Assembly: GCA_038087875.1 (NCBI GenBank)
Contig: CM075994.1
Location: 1,552,001-1,616,000 of the forward strand
DNA from: Malacoraja senta
Lineage: Eukaryota
Direction: 5' to 3'
DNA: 64,000 nt
A program made the translations under genes and the position numbers. The notes beneath the pieces were generated by a model that saw only the letters and a program-made list of their open reading frames with translations, made no database searches and had not been told where the DNA came from. How positions within the stretch are numbered: position 1 is the stretch's first letter; each line of letters begins with the position of its first letter. Shown here in pieces: positions 58,928-64,000 of the stretch.

Positions 58928-59151
58928 CTGGGCTGGAGAGAGTTGGGGTTTCCTTGGTGGTATATCCAACCACGCCAATCTTCTCGCCACCTCTTGTCAG
59001 CACAGTAGAAGCCATGTAGTAGTCCTTGAGGCTTGGGGACTTGGTCTGCATCTTCTTTTAGATTCGCACTCAGCACTGGGAACGTAACGTTGCGGAGGAA
59101 AGGCTCCAAAAGACCATCCGCACCGTTGTCAAACTCATGGTTGCCCAAGGC
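58928..59151 (-). CDS. NT5E: Ecto-5'-nucleotidase exon 2, with a +1 frameshift as sequenced
   Basis: cag|GCC TTG GGC AAC CAT GAG (ALGNHEFDNG)..SANLKEDADQVP, then after a frame change SLKDYY..KIGVVGYTTKETPTLSSP G|gtagg; 224 nt where 223 keeps the frame. Confidence 0.9.
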
Positions 59152-61074
59152 CTGTCGAGCAGAAGAGGAAAAGCAGTCAACAAACAGCACAACGCGCAAG
59201 GTATGGAAGCAAGGATGATACTTCCACCGGCTGGGATTCAAGAACCGGCCTCACAGTTCGGCGGTAAGGGGCAGGACATGTAGCCCTGAGACGAGAAGAT
59301 ACTTCTGCACTCTTGAGGGGTAAGGACTACCCTTATAATTCTCCGGCCCAGAGGGCTGTAGAGACTCGGCTGTTGGGTTGTCCTGGATGTTAAAGGAGAT
59401 CATGAGATTGACAGATTGTTGATTAGGACAGGTGTCAAGGATTATGGGGATAAGGCAGGAGAATGGGGTTGAGAGAGAAAGATAGATCAGCCATGATTGA
59501 ATGGCAGAGTAGACTTGATGGACTAAATAGCCTAATTCTGCTAGTAGAATATATGAACTTATGCAAAGAAGTGAAGTTTAAAAGATTGGAACAATTGTAA
59601 TGTGTGATTTCAGATCAACTTCTGGGACCAGTACGCAGTCGCCTAGCTTGGGTGCCATCTTAAGATCATTCTGAAGTGGCTCTGAGGTGGCACAGTGACG
59701 CAGCAGTAGAATTGTTGCCATACAGCGCCAGAGACACAGGTTCGATCCTGTCCTCTGGTGCTGTCTGCACAGAGTTTGCACGTCCTCCTTGTGACCACGT
59801 GGGTTTTCTCCAGGTGCACCGGTTTCCTCCCACACTCCAAAGACGTACAGGTTTGTAGGTTAATTGGCTTTGGTAAAAAAAAATTGTAAACTGTCCCTAT
59901 GTGTGTATAATAGTGTTAGTGTTTGAGGTCGCTGGTTGGTTTGGACTAGGTGAGCTGAAGGGCTTGATTCCGCAGTGTATCTTTAAAGTCTAAAAGGTGG
60001 AAGATCAGCTTATTGAATGATGGAACAGATTGAGGATGATCAGCTTCCGTTCCTTATAGAACATGGAACAGCACAGCACAGGAACAGCTTTGTATTATTG
60101 TCACTACTGAGCTACAGTGAAAAACTTTGTTTTGCATGCTATCCAATAAAATCAGATAATAACATAAATAAATGCAATCAAGTCAAACTCAATGGGTAGA
60201 GTGAAGCGGAAGATACAGAGTACAGAATATAGTTCTCAGTTTTGTAGCACATCGGTTCCATAGACAGAGTCCAATGTCCACGATGGGGTAGATGTGAATC
60301 GGACAATACCTTAGCATATGGAAGGACCGTTCAAAAGCCTGCTAACGGAAAGGAAGAAGCTGTTCCTGAGTCTGGTGGTGCGCACTTTCAAGCTTCTGTA
60401 CCTTCTGCCAGATGGGAGCACGGAGAAGGAGGAATGACTGGGGTGGGACAAGTCTGATTATGTTGGCTGCTTTTCTGAGGGAGTGTGATGTGTAGATGGA
60501 GTCAATGGTGGGGAGTATGGTCTGTGTGATGGGCTGGCTACATCTACAACTCTATGCAACTCCTTGCAGTCATGGGCAGAGCCATTTCCAAAACAAGGCT
60601 GTGATGCAACCGGATAGTATGCTTTCTATGGTGCATCTGTAGAAGTTTGTAAGAGTCAGGATTTCCTCAGTCTTGACTCTTGACTCTGGTGTGCCTTCCT
60701 GGCTGTCTCTCTGATATGCTACCAATGTGGTAACATCCTTCCTTTAATGAGGACACAACTAATTGCACAGACATTCAAGAGATCATAACATAGGAGCAGA
60801 ATTAGGCCATTCAGCCACCAAATCTACTCCATCATTCGATCATGGCTATTCTATTTTTCTCTCTCAAACCCATTCTCGTGCCTTCTCCCCATAACCTTAC
60901 TAATCAAGCTATTACTAATCAAGAACCTTGATTAGTAATAGCTCGAAGGAATAGGTGGTGTTTCGGGTCGAGACCCTTCTTCTGAAGAAGGGTCTCAACC
61001 GGAAACATCACCTATTCCTTCGCTCCATAGATGCTGCCTCACCCGCTGAGTTTTTCCAGCATTTTTGCCTATCA

Positions 61075-61768
61075 TAATCATAATAATACTTAATTAGCCA
61101 AGTATGTTTTGCAAAATACGAGGAATTTCATTTGCCAAGTCAGTCATACAAATAAAAAGCAACAGAACACACAAAACACATTTTAACATAAACATCCACC
61201 ACAGAGACTCCACATTCCTCACTGTGATGGAAGGCGGAAAAAAGTTTAATCTCTTCCCTTAGCTCTCCTACACTCGCGCAGCCGGCGGCGTTTTGGGCCC
61301 TCCACATTGTGCCGATCAGCTCCCGCATCGGGGGGATGTCAGCTCCCCCGTGTCGGCGATCGGACCCCGCGTCGGGGCTGGTCGAGCCTCTGCGTTCGTT
61401 GGAGCTCCCGACATCCATGACCTCTCCAGAGACTGTGAGCTCTTGATGGTAAGTCCGCAGGCTGCGGTTGGAGCGATCCCAGGCAAGGGATCAGCTACGA
61501 TATTAAGTCCACGCCCCGCGGTGGGGCCTAAGGTCAGTCCGAGGAGGCCTCCAGCTCCAGCGATGGTAGGCCGCAAAGCAACAGGAGACGCGACCCAGAA
61601 ACATCGTGTCTCCGGCAAAGTAAGAAACTGAAAAAAGTGTGTCCCCCCCATAAAACAAACCGGAGAACATTTACACAAACTTATAAAACACACTAAAAAT
61701 TTAAAAAAAAAGAGAAACAAACAAACATGGTTGGAGGGGCTGCCAATCGTTCTGCGCCCCTGGTGGTC
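61075..61768 (-). mobile_element. GC-rich non-autonomous retroelement
   Basis: Homologous along its length to 21457-22178. Confidence 0.7.
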
Positions 61769-62224
61769 AATAAAGGTATGTTTATTCTGAGGCAGTGTCT
61801 TCTGGTCCTAGACTCTCCACACTCTACCAAGTGGAGGGGCGTGTTGAGGGGGTGTGAAGGAGGGTGTGGGGATGGGGGTGAGGGAACTGGAGGGGGTTGT
61901 GGGGGTGGAGGGTGTGGGGGTGGCGGGAGGGTGTGGAAGGGGTAGGGGGTGGTCATGTACTGGGTGCCTGGGGTTGATCGCTCTGTATCTGGGCTGTTCA
62001 CAGCTGTTCCACTGAGTACAACTGATGTTGACGGCACCGTGCTCATTTAAACTCGAAGCACTTAGATTCATCAAAAACAAGTTCCTTTTCATGAAACCCT
62101 GCAGTCAGTAACCAGCCCATGCATATTTTGTGAACTTGGCATTGAATATTGGCCCTGGTTTGTGTGATCCCATCCCAGTGCAGCTCAAGGCATTCTCACT
62201 GTGTCCCTATTATTGTGCCTAGTT

Positions 62225-62600
62225 CATTCTCCCTCCATCCGTCAGTCTCCACCTCTCCTCCACTCTCACCGACTGTCTTCCTCTGCCTCTCCCCCAACCA
62301 TGCCACTTCACCCTCTGTATCTCACTCTGCCTCTCCCCCACTCCCTCTATCTCACCCTGCTCCCTCCGTCTCCCTCGTCCGTCTCTGACTCTCTCCCTCC
62401 CTCCGTCTCACTCTGCCTCTCTCTCCTTCCGTCTCTCTCTCCCCCTCCATCTCTCTCTCCCTCACACCAACTCTCCCCTGCTCTCACCTCCAGTCTGCTT
62501 TTTCCATCTCCCTCTCTCCACCTCCCTCCCGCTCCCTCCGTCTCTCGCTCCACTTCTTCCCCACTCGCTACATCTCTCTTGATCCTCCCACCATTCTGCA
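62225..62600. repeat. CT-rich low-complexity tract in NT5E intron 1
   Basis: Pyrimidine-dominated on the + strand. Confidence 0.85.
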
Positions 62601-64000
62601 CCTTGATCAGCACAGACATTGTGGGCTGAAGTTCCTGTGCTGCTCTGGTTTCTTAAGGCACAGTTGGGATGAGACCTTTGCAAGAAATGGAAACATTGCT
62701 TCCATCCTCTGAGGGTGCGAATTCATGTTTGAGGTACTGTCTGGGAACTCCACCCGTTTGTTTGATTCGATTGAACTTGGCGAGAGTTCATTTCCGTAAC
62801 TGAAGCTGTCGAAGGCTCCCTGGCGCTGCCTGGCTCGGTTCCACAGGTTAGGTTACAGCAATAAAGATAAATGCCACAGAACCAACCCAGACCACCGACC
62901 CCATTTCTCTTTCGACAAATACTTCCTGACCTGCTGGGAGTTTTCAGCACTTTGTTTTTATTTCCAAGTTACAGCATCTGCTGTTTAAAAAAAAAAAAAA
63001 TTCATGATTACAGGCTAGTTAACATTAACATGAAGAGGAGTTTTATACAAATCACAGGAAATCCTTGCCAAACAAGCCCAGCAATTACGTATGTGGTGTC
63101 TGCCCCAGGCACGACGCCTCAACAAAGACAATAGTTAATTAGGTTAATGAGGGGCGGCACAGTGGTAGAGTTGCTGCCTTACAACGCCAGAAAACTGGGT
63201 TCAATCCTGACTACCGGTGCCGTCAGTACGGAGTTCATACATTCTCCCTGTGTTTAGTTTAGTTTAGAGATACAGCATGGAAACAGGCCCACCGAGTCCA
63301 CGCCGACCAGTGATCACCCTGAAGCTAGTTCTATTCTACACACTAGGGACAGTTTACAGAAGCCAATTAACCTACAAACCTGCATGACTTGAGTGTGGGA
63401 GGAAACCAGAGCACCTGGAGAAAACCCATGTGGTCACAGGGAGAACGTACAAACTCCATACACAGAACACACGTAAACAGGATCGAACCCGGTCTCTTGG
63501 CGCTCTAAGGCAGCAACTCTACCGCTGCACCACTGTGACGTGATAGGTGTATAGAAAGTGCAGCTGGAGGAGGTAGTCAAGACGGGTACTATCGCAACGT
63601 GTAAGAAACATTTAGAAAGGTACAGGTAAAGAATAGGTTTGGATATGGGCCAAATGCAGGCAGGTTAGACTAGTGTAGATGGAGCATGTTGGGCAGTGTG
63701 GGCACGTTGGGCCGAAGGGCCTGTTTCCATGCTGTGTGACTGTAACTCTATGGATATGGGCCAAACGAGGGCAAATGGGACTAAATTAGATGGGGTAATT
63801 TGGTCGGTATGGATGAGTTGGGCCTATGACTCTTAACTCTAAGTTTAAGAAGATTTTTAAATAGTTAATTGGGTGGTGAGTAGGAAAAGTTTATGAAATG
63901 AATTTTAGACCAAAGAATCCCAACATCATTAAATGAAAGCCACGTGTTGTTGTGATAACCCTTCATAAATGACTGATGTCATCACCACTGCTCCTCTTTG

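Noticed and set aside
50569..59151. Programmed frameshifting or compensating indels rescuing NT5E
   Set aside because: Both lesions are +1 and each leads quickly to a stop codon. No slippery heptamer was seen, and alternative splice sites could not fix mid-exon shifts without losing conserved residues.
59152..64000. NT5E exon 1 (signal peptide, HTNDVH, DAGD motifs)
   Set aside because: No such motifs were found on the minus strand; the exon presumably lies beyond the window.

Overview
Repeat-dense vertebrate genomic DNA. The repeat complement (HE1/V-SINE-like tRNA SINEs, CR1/HER1-like LINEs) suggests a cartilaginous fish, most likely a skate or ray; this is inference. Two genes lie tail-to-tail, as in mammals. 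The last four coding exons of SNX14 are on + (1798-17803). Exons 2-9 of NT5E (ecto-5'-nucleotidase/CD73) are on - (59151-40805); exon 1 is not in the window. As given, NT5E has two separate +1 frameshifts (exons 2 and 6) although all splice sites and the other exons are intact, so it is either a very recent pseudogene or an assembly error. The rest is mostly transposable elements: a three-level nested CR1 cluster (24.2-33.4 kb), an IR/DR Tc1 element, a non-autonomous Helitron, a solo LTR, a Tigger-like MITE, Rex/Babar, L2 and Vingi-like LINE remnants, and a GC-rich non-autonomous family with swapped LINE tails. There are also many small fold-back Penelope-derived insertions, most carrying a minimal hammerhead-ribozyme-like core (CTGAAGA-A-stem II-GAAACGTH). 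No prokaryotic systems or CRISPR arrays are present.
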